NCBI GenBank assembly: GCA_043809265.1 | Contig: JAZDDY010000093.1 | Span: forward strand, 1-44,705 | Source: Candidatus Iainarchaeum sp. | GTDB lineage: Archaea > Iainarchaeota > Iainarchaeia > Iainarchaeales > DTGL01 | Direction: 5' to 3' | DNA: 44,705 bases | Shown: positions 25,441 through 34,503 of the stretch, piece after piece | How the letters are laid out: each line of letters begins with the position of its first letter | Position numbering within the stretch: the first letter of the stretch is position 1 | The notes under the pieces: model-generated | Databases searched by the model: none | What the model saw: only the letters and a program-made list of their open reading frames with translations | What the model was told of the DNA's origin: nothing | Program-made: the position numbers and the translations under genes

Positions 25441-26151
25441 ATGGCAAGACCGGGCAGGAAGCCGACAGGGAACAGGAAGATTGCAAGGCCACCCTCCTTT
25501 TTGTGGCTGAAAGAGCCTTTGAGGCCGGCAGTCTTGATCGGCAGGCAAAAGCCTTCTCCAAAACACAGGAAAAAAACAGGCGCACAGCTTGCAGTCGAAG
25601 AACGCGAAGTCGACCGAATGATCGGAAGCAGTTATTCTGCCGGAGAAATATTAAACCGGCTCCCCTTATATGACAACCAATTATTGCGGCATGTGAAAAA
25701 CCTGCGCGCCAAAGCCCCTGAAAATGAAAAATGGCGCTATGAACGGCTTTTGAGCGAAGGCAGGAAGGTCGAAGCCTATAAGGCAAACTTGGTTTATGAT
25801 TTGCGGAAAGCCGGGCTGGCATGGGTTGAAATAGAAGGTCTTATGGGCTTGGATTGGGCCAATTCAGCCCCCTATGTCAGGCTTTTGAAAGAAGCCAAAG
25901 GAGTGAAGCCTTCGACTTTGAAAATGCTGAAAGCCAAAAGGGTTGACCCGCCAGACATGAAAGACTTAAGGTTCAGGCTTGACCGCGAGCAGGAAGTAGT
26001 GAAAGCCGTTTTCCAGAACGCTCCACGGGAAAAAATCAGTGAAGCGCTCGCCCACGCCGAAAGCGTTCTTCCCAAATTGCAGGGCTATGAAAAGAACAGG
26101 CTTATAGTGGCAATTAATGAAATGCGCCGCCTTCTCGCAGCCAAAAAATAG
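25441..26151 (+). CDS. hypothetical basic protein (N-terminal MARPGRKP motif)
   Basis: The ORF runs 25417-26151. The ATG at 25441 is preferred because TATA-like TTAAATGTTAAAA sits about 25 nt upstream and because the N-terminus parallels MPSRPGRRK of the 4026-5423 protein. Confidence 0.45.
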   Translation: MARPGRKPTGNRKIARPPSFLWLKEPLRPAVLIGRQKPSPKHRKKTGAQLAVEEREVDRMIGSSYSAGEILNRLPLYDNQLLRHVKNLRAKAPENEKWRYERLLSEGRKVEAYKANLVYDLRKAGLAWVEIEGLMGLDWANSAPYVRLLKEAKGVKPSTLKMLKAKRVDPPDMKDLRFRLDREQEVVKAVFQNAPREKISEALAHAESVLPKLQGYEKNRLIVAINEMRRLLAAKK

Positions 26152-26175
26152 TTTCCCTGCAAAAAACAGTGGGAG

Positions 26176-26265
26176 TGGACTGGCTGGGGCTCGAACCCAG
26201 AGCCTCCACAACTTTGGCCTCTTCGAAGTTGCCAATGTGGCGATCTACCATTGATCTACCAGCCC
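26176..26265 (-). tRNA. tRNA-Ala (anticodon GGC) with an 18-nt anticodon-loop intron
   Basis: Acceptor GGGCUGG/CCAGUCC includes the G3:U70 Ala identity pair. D stem GAUC/GAUC, anticodon stem CCACA/UGUGG enclosing 25 nt (UUGGCA + intron). Intron GCCAA pairs with the anticodon region (bulge-helix-bulge-like). T arm CUGGG-UUCGAGC-CCCAG. Confidence 0.85.
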
Positions 26266-26332
26266 ACTACTATGAATTGTGCCAGCAAATTATTTTAAAC
26301 AATCAGATGCCCGGGGATGGCGGCTTTTCGGT

Positions 26333-26563
26333 TCACATCGCTATCAGTATGATGCTGTCGCCCCTGACCATGATTTTCGGGTATTTTTCCTTTTCTTCGG
26401 CGCCGTCTTCTTTGTGGCTTGTTTCTTCCGCGTTCTCCAATACAAGGTTTAAGTGGACGTCGAATGCCTTGAGGATGCCGCTTATCGTGCGGTTTCCTTT
26501 TAATTTCACCAGCACCTGCTGGTTTGTTGCCTTTGTCAAGTCGTCGAATGGTCTAGCGCTCAT
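26333..26563 (-). CDS. Sm-like (LSm/SmAP) RNA-binding protein
   Basis: 76 aa. Sm1/Sm2 pattern VLVKLKGNRTISGILKAFDVHLNLVLENAEE...IMVRGDSIILI. ATG at 26563; the longer ORF extension was rejected. Confidence 0.85.
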   Translation of the reverse strand: MSARPFDDLTKATNQQVLVKLKGNRTISGILKAFDVHLNLVLENAEETSHKEDGAEEKEKYPKIMVRGDSIILIAM

Positions 26564-26574
26564 CTGATTGCCTC

Positions 26575-27357
26575 CTATTTTTTTCCGAATAAGTTTCCAA
26601 GAATCCTTGAAAGGAACGATGCCTTTTCCTGTTTTATTTCGATCTTTGCCCCGCCGATTTTGGCGGCAATGTCTATCACCGCTTTCGCTGCCGGCGAATC
26701 TGGCTTGCGCATTACGAAAGGCTTTGCGTCCTTTGAGAGGATGCTTTTCCGTACCTCGTTGTCGTAGGGCACGATGCCATAGCACGGCAGTTCAAGCATT
26801 TTCATTACCTCGTCTTTCCTGAGTTCGCCAGCCTCATTCCTCACCATGTTCAATATGAATCCGAACGGCTTTGCGTTCAGCCTTTGCGCGACCATTTTTG
26901 TTTTCAGTGCATCGGCAAGGCTTGGCTGGTCGGGAACAGTGACAATCAAAACCTGCTTCACCGCCCCAAGAGAGGAAAGCGCGGTCCTTTCAATGCCTGC
27001 AGGCGCGTCCAGCAATATGAAATCATAATGGTCTTCAACCGACCCGATGACGGATTTCAGGCGCTCGGAATCGACTTTCCTGTAGGATTCAAGGCTTAAC
27101 CCGCTCGGGACAAGGTCGACGCCTTTCGGGCCGGAATAAATCGCGTCATCTATTGCGGCTTCCCCTATTAGGACCTCGTGCAATGTGATTGGCGAGTTCT
27201 GCATTTTAAACAAAAGCGAGAGGTTTGCCATTGCCACGTCCGCATCCACCAATAGCACGCGGTGGCCGCTGTTCGCCAGCGCAATGCCGATATTTGCCGT
27301 CAGAGTGGTCTTTCCGACTCCGCCTTTCCCAGACGCAATAGTAATAGACCTTCCCAT
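26575..27357 (-). CDS. minD: MinD/ParA-family P-loop ATPase (archaeal MinD-like)
   Basis: Deviant Walker A SGKGGVGKTT, VLLVDAD, and 260 aa length. Confidence 0.88.
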   Translation of the reverse strand: MGRSITIASGKGGVGKTTLTANIGIALANSGHRVLLVDADVAMANLSLLFKMQNSPITLHEVLIGEAAIDDAIYSGPKGVDLVPSGLSLESYRKVDSERLKSVIGSVEDHYDFILLDAPAGIERTALSSLGAVKQVLIVTVPDQPSLADALKTKMVAQRLNAKPFGFILNMVRNEAGELRKDEVMKMLELPCYGIVPYDNEVRKSILSKDAKPFVMRKPDSPAAKAVIDIAAKIGGAKIEIKQEKASFLSRILGNLFGKK

Positions 27358-27430
27358 AACCCTTCACTTTAGCTAAAGTTAATGTTTCGTAATCTATTTT
27401 AAATTGTTGTTAGGCGTTTCGGCCTGAAGC

Positions 27431-27925
27431 CTATTTTTCCTCCACTCCGAGCAATCCCGCTTCCTTGAACACCTCGAACCTTGAAGTTTCCTCAGATTCC
27501 CCTTTTATGTATTCGAGGGTGAATTCCTCGCTGTATTTTTTCGGGTAAAGCCTGTTGAGCTTTTTTGTGTCGATTTCCTCTGTAATTAAAATTTTTTCCT
27601 GGAATGCCGTGATAAGGTCGATTTGCTGTATTGTGAGCGCGTTGATGTCGATTATCCCGTTTTTTGCAAGGAACGAATTCAATACAAGCCTGAGCGACGG
27701 GTCGCCGTTCACCTCGATTGCATGGGAAACGAATTCAAAGTATGAACCTAAGACCGCGCCTTTTTTGAACAATAGCACGCCCTGCTCTATGCCTTTCGGG
27801 CCTTCCGCGGTGCACACCACATACCCGGTAAAGCCTTTGCTGAGCATCTGCACCAGTATCTGGAACATGTTCGATTCCACGGTCTTCAGGCCGGCCCTGA
27901 GGCTTGTTCCCAACGGCAAATCCAT
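27431..27925 (-). CDS. hypothetical protein, PATAN/DUF4388-like pattern, upstream of minD
   Basis: 164 aa from the ATG at 27925. GFTGYVVCTAEGPKGIEQGVLLFKKGAVLGSYFE resembles the 'G-x-L-x-V...G-x-I-x-F-x-x-G-x-I' pattern of PATAN-type domains. Weak call. Confidence 0.45.
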   Translation of the reverse strand: MDLPLGTSLRAGLKTVESNMFQILVQMLSKGFTGYVVCTAEGPKGIEQGVLLFKKGAVLGSYFEFVSHAIEVNGDPSLRLVLNSFLAKNGIIDINALTIQQIDLITAFQEKILITEEIDTKKLNRLYPKKYSEEFTLEYIKGESEETSRFEVFKEAGLLGVEEK

Positions 27926-28019
27926 TTTTTTCACCTTTAATGCAATAGAGATTACGGCAACGATATTTATAAGTTTTATCAAGGCATTAGATTTATCACT
28001 AAAGGCCAAAGGGCATGAA

Positions 28020-28295
28020 ATGAGCGGAAAATTAAAGGATTTTACAGGCAAAACCTGCAAGGGCCACGCTGCCTTTGAATTCCAGCCGAAGGCAAAGAAA
28101 AACATAGACCTTGGAAGATTCAAGGAATGCCTCGGCAGAAAAGGCATTGCGCCCGAAGCCTGCACGCCGCTCGTGGTGATATTCAGGTGCGACGATTGCA
28201 CTGTGAGCCTTTTCAAAAGCGGCAAAATTTTGGTCAAGGAGAGAACCGAGGAAAAGGCAAAACAGGTCGCGGAAAAAATAATGGAAATGGTCTGA
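28020..28295 (+). CDS. small hypothetical protein (TBP-half-domain-like pattern)
   Basis: 91 aa from the ATG at 28020. CTVSLFKSGKILVKERTEEKAKQVAEKI resembles the 'lIF-SGK-iv-tGak-see' strand-helix of TBP-like folds. Weak call. Confidence 0.4.
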   Translation: MSGKLKDFTGKTCKGHAAFEFQPKAKKNIDLGRFKECLGRKGIAPEACTPLVVIFRCDDCTVSLFKSGKILVKERTEEKAKQVAEKIMEMV

Positions 28296-28305
28296 AGGTC
28301 CTTTT

Positions 28306-29583
28306 ATGAAATCCCTTTCGCTTGGAAAAATTTTCGGCATCGGCCTTGAACTCCACTGGTCCTTTTTGCTCATAGGCCTTTTCGTCGTGGTGGCGCTTGC
28401 CCTGGCCGAGCCTTCGATGCTTGCCCCGATGCTCATGGTTTTCTTTTTCCTTTTTTTGAGCGTTTTCCTGCACGAGCTGGTGCACTGCGTTGTGTCCCTC
28501 CAGCGCGGCATCGGCGTCAAAAAAATAATATTGCTGCCGATAGGCGGCGTTTCACTTACCGAATCGCTGCCTGAAAAGCCCAAAGACGAATTCCTGATAG
28601 CGGTCAGCGGCCCGGCATTCAATTTCCTTGTTGTTTTTGCAGTCCTTTTCCTGGTGTCGGTTCTTCCGCTGCCTTTCCCGAGGGAATTATTATCGAACCC
28701 AAGCGCGCTCGATTCTTCAGAGGCGGCGGCAGCCGCATTCCTTTCAATGCCTTTGTTCACTGTTTTCTGGGTGAATCTTATACTCGGCACGTTCAATCTT
28801 TTCCTTCCGGCGCTGCCGCTTGACGGCGGCAGGGTTTTCCGCTCACTTCTTTCCTTTGCTTTCGGTTACAGGAAAGCCACGGCCATTGCGACAAGGATAA
28901 GCTCTTTGATCGCAATTCTGCTTTTCATTTCCGGCTTCCTTTCGGGAAACCTTTTGCTTTTGGTCATTGCGGCATTTGTTTTCTTCGGCTCCAAGGAAGA
29001 GGAAAAAATAGTGCTGATGAAAGAACAATTGAAAGGGTTGAGCATTCCGCAATTGGTTTCAGAAAAACCGCTCCTGCTTGACAGCCTGATGGGTGTCAGT
29101 GAAGCCTTTGAAAAAATGCTTGCGGAAAAGAAAACCGAAGCGGTAACGGAAATCGAAGCAGGCAGGTATGCGGTCCTTTTGCTTGAGGAAATGCCCTCGC
29201 TTATGGGCAAAAAAACAATGCCGCTTTACAAGGCGCTGAAGGAAACGCCGGCGCTTCAAATCAGCGAAAGCCCATCCAAGGTCTTTGAAAGAATGGCTTC
29301 AGCTGGAAAACGCGTGCTTCCGGTCCTTGACGGCTCGGCCCTTGCGGGAATAATCGACCTTGAAAAAATCGAAAAATCCGTTCTGTTCTCAAGGGCAGGC
29401 GCAATGCTCGGCGCAAAGCCGCCTGAACCAAAGGCAGCCCTAACTGAAACCGCCTTGCAGCCCCGGCCTGAACCGGCGCCTCTGGCCCCAACCCCAAAAA
29501 AGCCGGCTGCCGGAAAGAAAAAAGCGCGCAAACCAAGGGCAAAAAGCAAGGACAAGCCTTTAAAAAAACAAAACCGCAAATAA
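28306..29583 (+). CDS. site-2 protease (peptidase M50) with CBS-domain region and lysine-rich tail
   Basis: HELVH (HExxH) within a TM helix, NLFLPALPLDGGRV (NxxPxxxLDG), a C-terminal CBS-like pair, and finally a P/K-rich tail. Confidence 0.85.
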   Translation: MKSLSLGKIFGIGLELHWSFLLIGLFVVVALALAEPSMLAPMLMVFFFLFLSVFLHELVHCVVSLQRGIGVKKIILLPIGGVSLTESLPEKPKDEFLIAVSGPAFNFLVVFAVLFLVSVLPLPFPRELLSNPSALDSSEAAAAAFLSMPLFTVFWVNLILGTFNLFLPALPLDGGRVFRSLLSFAFGYRKATAIATRISSLIAILLFISGFLSGNLLLLVIAAFVFFGSKEEEKIVLMKEQLKGLSIPQLVSEKPLLLDSLMGVSEAFEKMLAEKKTEAVTEIEAGRYAVLLLEEMPSLMGKKTMPLYKALKETPALQISESPSKVFERMASAGKRVLPVLDGSALAGIIDLEKIEKSVLFSRAGAMLGAKPPEPKAALTETALQPRPEPAPLAPTPKKPAAGKKKARKPRAKSKDKPLKKQNRK

Positions 29584-29678
29584 TCATCCTGCTGTCAGGC
29601 AGCATACCTCAAAAACTATTTTCAGGGGAAATCCACTCTCTGCTTTTCAATAAAAGCTGTTTTTTTATTCCTTTTAAC

Positions 29679-30395
29679 ATGGCGGATGTTGAAACAAGCA
29701 GGGCCAACGCGAGAAAAAGATGGTTAAAAGTTCAAGCGGAACAAAGACTTAAGTTAACGAAGACGGATGCCAAAACACTTGCATTCAAGGCCAGGCTATT
29801 GGGTTTTTTAGCCGGAGACGGGAGCGTTTTTATCCACGTTGACAAGTCGAAAAAATATCCTATGCCTTGTTTTAATATCAATTTTTATCCAGACAATCTT
29901 GAGATGGCTAAAGCTTACCTTGCCGCTTTTGAGGCGGTTTATGCTAAAAGGCTTCGACTTGAAAAACCAGAAAAAGAAAAGTTTTATACTATCAGAACCA
30001 AGCACAAAGTCGCTTATGAAGACTTGGTTTCAATAACTTCTTTCGGGGTTTATAAGTGGGATGTTCCTTTTGGCTTCTTGACCACGGATGAAATGAAGGC
30101 GGAGTGGGTTAGGGGCTTTTTTGATTGTGAAGCACATGTTGGCAAAAGAAAAATCCAGGTGCAATCAGTCAACCAGCCGGGGTTGGCCGGCGTTAAAGAG
30201 TTATTGCGTGATTTGGGAGTGAAAGCCTCAAAGATTTATTCTTACAAGAGAAAAGAACCTAATTGGGGCACAAATTACCATTTGGAAATACCGCCGTCAG
30301 AAATAGCAAAATATTATTATAAAGTTGGCTTCAACCATTCTAGTAAGCGCAACAGTCTTAGTGGACTAATTGCCGAGATGGGAGAGTCCGGTTAA
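29679..30395 (+). CDS. free-standing double-motif LAGLIDADG homing endonuclease
   Basis: Motif 1 is LLGFLAGDGSV and motif 2 is WVRGFFDCEAHV, about 100 aa apart. 238 aa and AT-richer than surrounding genes. The last 24 nt overlap the tRNA-Ser 5' end. Confidence 0.75.
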   Translation: MADVETSRANARKRWLKVQAEQRLKLTKTDAKTLAFKARLLGFLAGDGSVFIHVDKSKKYPMPCFNINFYPDNLEMAKAYLAAFEAVYAKRLRLEKPEKEKFYTIRTKHKVAYEDLVSITSFGVYKWDVPFGFLTTDEMKAEWVRGFFDCEAHVGKRKIQVQSVNQPGLAGVKELLRDLGVKASKIYSYKRKEPNWGTNYHLEIPPSEIAKYYYKVGFNHSSKRNSLSGLIAEMGESG

Positions 30396-30477
30396 ATCCG
30401 CCAGCCTCGAGAAGCCTTTTTTATCGGGCAAGCTGGTGTGCCTTTGGCACGCGGGGGTTCAAATCCCCCTCTCGGCG
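30372..30477 (+). tRNA. tRNA-Ser (anticodon CGA) with ~19-nt anticodon-loop intron
   Basis: Acceptor GCCGAGA/UCUCGGC plus discriminator G. Anticodon stem CCAGC/GCUGG encloses 26 nt (CUCGAG... + intron; intron UCGGG can pair with CUCGA). Long variable arm GUGCC-uuu-GGCAC. T arm GGGGG-UUCAAAU-CCCCC. Confidence 0.8.
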
Positions 30478-30577
30478 TCAATCTTCTATTTCGGATAAGG
30501 ATTTAACCAAAAAAGACATTGAAGATTTAGTGCAGCATTCCGAAGGGAAAATTTCGAGTTCTGGGGGCAGCCAGTTA

Positions 30578-31138
30578 TTATTGCTTGTATGATTCAACTA
30601 GAAAAACTGCCGCGGCATAATCGGCAAAATTGGATTTAATGATTTTGACTTTGCCGTTGTCCTGCCAAATAAAAATCTTCAGGGGAACGCGTTTAATTGT
30701 GCCATCCCAATTATCAGTAAGAATTAGGGCTCCTCTATCGCTTTTTTTGGTGTAGCCCATCGCAAATTTGCTGGCCATTGATTGTTCAATCGCTTCATTC
30801 AAAAAAATCATATCCAAATTTTGAATCTCTATTTCGTAATAGGCTATTTGGGGGCTATAACAGTCACAGCATCTGTCGCCCTCGCATTTGCAGCAGTCCT
30901 CTAAATAATCAAAATTAAGTGTCAGTTTACTTGCGGAAGCAATGGCAATTTTATCGAACGCTTTATTAAAATCCGAATTTAGGGTTTCTTTGTCTATCAA
31001 TTCTTCATTTTTGTTTAATAAGATTGGGCTATTGGCTGAATTCTCCCCTAAAGCGTTCAAGGCCAATAGTCCTGCAATTAGCAAGATGATGGCAATGATG
31101 CCGAGAGACAACAATGCGATTTTTCTTCTCATAATCAA
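30578..31138 (-). CDS. hypothetical membrane-anchored protein with Cys cluster
   Basis: N-terminal TM helix (IALLSLGIIAIILLIAGLLAL) and DCCKCEGDRCCDC. The start abuts the htpX stop. Confidence 0.45.
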   Translation of the reverse strand: MIMRRKIALLSLGIIAIILLIAGLLALNALGENSANSPILLNKNEELIDKETLNSDFNKAFDKIAIASASKLTLNFDYLEDCCKCEGDRCCDCYSPQIAYYEIEIQNLDMIFLNEAIEQSMASKFAMGYTKKSDRGALILTDNWDGTIKRVPLKIFIWQDNGKVKIIKSNFADYAAAVFLVESYKQ

Positions 31139-32023
31139 TCACATTGCCCTTAATCTCTTCACCCTTTCTTCGAGCGGCGGGTGTGTGGAGAAGAGGTTGT
31201 TCAAAAAGCTCTTGTGGTTCTTGAGGGGATTCACAATGTATAAGTGCGCTGTGGCCTTGTTTGCGGCTTCAAGCGGTTCCTTGTCTTTTGAAAGTTTTTC
31301 GAGCGCCGAAGCAAGGCCTTCCGGGTATCTTGTGAGAATTGCTGCGCTCGCGTCCGCAAGGTATTCGCGTTTCCTTGAAAGTGCCAGTTGCATGAGCATT
31401 GCGATTATCGGGGCGAGGATTGCCATCGCAATTGCTATGACAAGCAAAACCAGGCCGAACTTGCCGTTGTTGTCCCTTTTGCCGCCGCCCCACCAGAAGG
31501 AGCGCAGCATCCAGTCGCTCAACAATGCAATCAATCCGACCATTACTGTTACAAGCATCATGAACCTGATGTCATAGTTGCCGATGTGGGACATTTCGTG
31601 CGCTATCACTCCCTCCAATTCGGCGCGGTTCATTTTCTGCATGAGGCCGGTGGTGACACAGATTACTCCGTGCTGCGGGTCCCTCCCTGTCGCGAAAGCG
31701 TTCGGTGCAGTGTCTTCTATCACGTAAATTTTGGGTTTTGGGATTCCTGCCGCAATGGAAAGCCCTTCGACTATGTTGTCAAGGAATGTATCCTCTTGGT
31801 GGGTTGCTGGCCTTGCCCTGCTGATTTTCAGGACTATCGTGTCGGAATAATAGTAGGTGAAGAAAGCCATGAGGATTGCTATTATCAGGGCAAATATAGC
31901 GCCGAAATAGCCCCAGCCGGTAATGAACCCGAAAAGCAGGCCCATGCCTATGCAGAACAAAAAGAAAAAGAAAAACAAGAGGTATGACGACCTCTTGTTT
32001 GATGCAACGTGCTCCCAAATCAC
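31139..32023 (-). CDS. htpX: HtpX-family M48 zinc metalloprotease
   Basis: HEMSHIGN (HExxH), four TM helices, and a downstream REYLADASAA region. Confidence 0.88.
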   Translation of the reverse strand: MIWEHVASNKRSSYLLFFFFFLFCIGMGLLFGFITGWGYFGAIFALIIAILMAFFTYYYSDTIVLKISRARPATHQEDTFLDNIVEGLSIAAGIPKPKIYVIEDTAPNAFATGRDPQHGVICVTTGLMQKMNRAELEGVIAHEMSHIGNYDIRFMMLVTVMVGLIALLSDWMLRSFWWGGGKRDNNGKFGLVLLVIAIAMAILAPIIAMLMQLALSRKREYLADASAAILTRYPEGLASALEKLSKDKEPLEAANKATAHLYIVNPLKNHKSFLNNLFSTHPPLEERVKRLRAM

Positions 32024-32042
32024 TTCAGGGCCCCCTGAAATT

Positions 32043-32618
32043 TCATTCGAATTTCACTTTTGGGGCTGCCTTTTCCGCCTCTTCTACTTCAAAGTATTCC
32101 TGTTCTGCCTTGAAGCGGAAGATGCCTGCTATAATGTTCGAGGGGAAGCTTTCCAGTGCAACCGAATAGTTCATCACTGAATCGTTGTAGAACTGCCTTG
32201 CGTATGCTATTTTTGCTTCGATTCCTGAAAGCTCTTCCTGCAGCATTTCAAAGTTCTTGTTCGCCTTTAGTTCGGGGTATGCTTCCGCCACCGCAAACAA
32301 TGATTTCAGCGCGCCTGTGAGCATGTTGGTTGCCTTGGCTTTTTCCGCGACAGTGCCGGCGTCAAGGTATGCTGTCCTTGCCTTTGTGACCATCTCGAAA
32401 GTCGTTTTTTCGTGCTTTGCGTATCCCTTGACAGTTTCCACAAGATTCGGCACGAGGTCTGACCTTTTCTTCAACTGCACGTCTATCTGGTGCCATGCAT
32501 TGTGCACCCTGTTCTTTTGCACCACTAAAGTGTTGAAAACCGAGGCTACAAAAATGACTATTACTATAAGTATTACACCGGCTATAATCCATTCCCACAT
32601 TCCAAACCACCTCACCAT
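32043..32618 (-). CDS. lemA: LemA family protein
   Basis: Single N-terminal TM helix, then [42 protein letters not shown] and ...[21 protein letters not shown], the canonical LemA sequence. Confidence 0.88.
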   Translation of the reverse strand: MVRWFGMWEWIIAGVILIVIVIFVASVFNTLVVQKNRVHNAWHQIDVQLKKRSDLVPNLVETVKGYAKHEKTTFEMVTKARTAYLDAGTVAEKAKATNMLTGALKSLFAVAEAYPELKANKNFEMLQEELSGIEAKIAYARQFYNDSVMNYSVALESFPSNIIAGIFRFKAEQEYFEVEEAEKAAPKVKFE

Positions 32619-32671
32619 TGAATAAGATATAAAATAGGGGTATACAACTTTTTAAGGTTTTGCGGTGTTCT

Positions 32672-34157
32672 TCACTCCAGTTTCTGGAATAGAATGCCCT
32701 GTTTTGAGATTTTGGCGCCGGCCATTGTAAGGTCGAAAGCGCATTCTTCGATGCCTTTCCTTTCCGCATTCAATTGTGCGAGGATTTTTTCGCTTGAAGC
32801 CGGAATGAAAGGCCACAAAAGCAGCGCAACCACCCTGAGCGAATCAGCCATCGAATAAAGGATATCGTCCAGTTCCTTTCCCTGTTTTTTCCAGGGCTCC
32901 TTTTCGCTCACAAAAACATTGCATGATTTCACAAAGCCCATTATTTCCGAAAGCGCCATGTGCAGTTCGAACGCCTTCATGTATGCCCTTATTTTGTTCA
33001 AATCCAGCTTTTCCTTCAGTTCTTTGGCTGTCTGCCCTTCGGGAATGCAGCCGTTGCAGGATTTTTCCAGCAGCGACAGCGTTCTATTGACCAAATTGCC
33101 CAATTCGTTTGCCAATTCATCGTTGTTCCTTTTCTTGAGGCCTTCTTCGGAGAAAAAGCCGTCTTCGCCGAATGGAATTTCCCTTATCAGATAATACCTG
33201 GCGGCGTCGACATTGAATTTTTTTGCGAGCTCGACAGGGTTTATTACAGTGCCCTTGCTTTTGCTCATTTTTTCGCCATGTTCTGTGTTGATGAACCCGT
33301 GCACCAGGACTGTTTTCGGCAGCGGGATGCCTGCGCTTGCGAGAATGCTCCACCATATCACCGTGTGGTGCCATAAAATGTCCTTTCCTATAATGTGAAT
33401 GTCGGCAGGCCAGAATTTCTCGAACTGCGCGTTCGGGTAATCGATGCCGCTTATGTAATTGATGAGCGCGTCCATCCAGACATACTGGACGTGCTTTTTG
33501 TTTATCGGCACAGGCACGCCCCAGTCGAAGCTCGACCTTGAAACGCTCAAATCCTTTAGTTCTTCCTTCAGCCTGTTCCGTATTTCCTCTTTTTTGCCTT
33601 TCGACCAGATTGCATCCGGGTTTTCATCCAGGTATTCCAGGATTTTTTCCCGGTATTTGCCCATCTGGAAAAAATAAGATTCCTCGCTTACGATTTCGCA
33701 CTCTTTTTCGTGCACCGGGCACTTGTCATTGACCAGGTCCTTCTCTAGGAAAAAAGTCTCGCATTCGGTGCAATAATAGCCGGAGTATTTTCCCAAATAT
33801 ATTTCGCCTTTTTCGAATATTTCCTGGAAAATGTCCTGTGCCACCTTTATATGCTCCGGTTCGGTGGTGCGGATGAACCGGTCATTGGAAATGTTCCAAG
33901 CCGCGCACAATTCCCTGAACTTTTCGGCCTTTTCGTCCACAAATTCCTGGGGGGTTTTTCCGGCGACTTTTGCGGCCTTCATTATTTTCTGGCCGTGCTC
34001 GTCAGTGCCTGTGAGAAAAAACACTTCGTCGCCCAAAAGCCTGTGCCATCGCGCAAGCACGTCAGCGCAGAGCTTTTCATAGGCGTGGCCGAAGATGGGG
34101 CTCACTAGACGGATAATCTATTGCCGTAGTGATATAGAAAGTTTTTTTCAAGCCCAT
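32672..34157 (-). CDS. metG: methionine--tRNA ligase, reading frame interrupted by one extra nucleotide inside the HIGH motif (near 34091)
   Basis: The main ORF 32672-34105 begins at ...PIFGHAYEKLCADVLARWHRLLGDEVFFLTGTDEHG and carries a Zn knuckle (CTECE...CPVHEKEC) and KMSKS. The true N-terminus MGLKKTFYITTAIDYPSSEPHL is encoded from the ATG at 34157 in the adjacent frame and stops at 34077. Confidence 0.85.
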
Positions 34158-34503
34158 TCACCCCCGCTTCAGTTTATGCTGCTTGGAAGGTTTTCTTCAA
34201 ATAGTGCACGCTCCAAAGAAAGCGATATTATCCTTTTCCACTTAAAGTATTTTAAAATGGTTTCCCGCATTCCCTTTGCGGATTTGAAGCGAAAACTCTT
34301 ATGTAGCACCCGGTTAGCTTTCCGAACTCCATAGTAATAAAACCAATTTACCGCTATTCTCTACTGTAATTTTTTTTCAGTCAGGGCTGTGCCCGATCTC
34401 TCAACACTGATTTGTCAGGATTCAGGGGAAGCGAGCTCCAGGCCTTCTTTTAAGGCAGGAAATCCCCAATATATGGCGAGAGCGTGTTGCAGGCGGGTTT
34501 GGC

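Noticed and set aside
22845-26175. tRNA-bracketed block as an integrated mobile element
   Set aside because: There is no integrase, no duplicated tRNA 3' segment (att) and no obvious composition shift. It is mentioned only as context for the coiled-coil finding.
26169-26567. 132-aa plus-strand ORF
   Set aside because: It overlaps tRNA-Ala and is antisense to the Sm gene.
27926-28237. N-terminal extension of the 27431 ORF (268-aa version), and the plus-strand extension 27555-28019 of the 28020 gene
   Set aside because: The two long ORFs overlap each other antisense. Trimming each to its internal ATG (27925 and 28020) gives two divergent genes with a 94-bp AT-rich promoter gap.
28032-28796. 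254-aa minus-strand ORF
   Set aside because: It is antisense to the M50 protease gene, which carries the HExxH and LDG motifs.
34158-34503. Possible replication origin or ncRNA in the 346-bp gap upstream of mcm
   Set aside because: The region has an AT-rich near-palindrome (CTTAAAGTATTTTAAAATGG) and TTCCAC/GGTTTCC half-sites faintly like ORB elements. There are no repeated ORB copies and no adjacent orc1/cdc6. It is more simply explained as divergent metG and mcm promoters.
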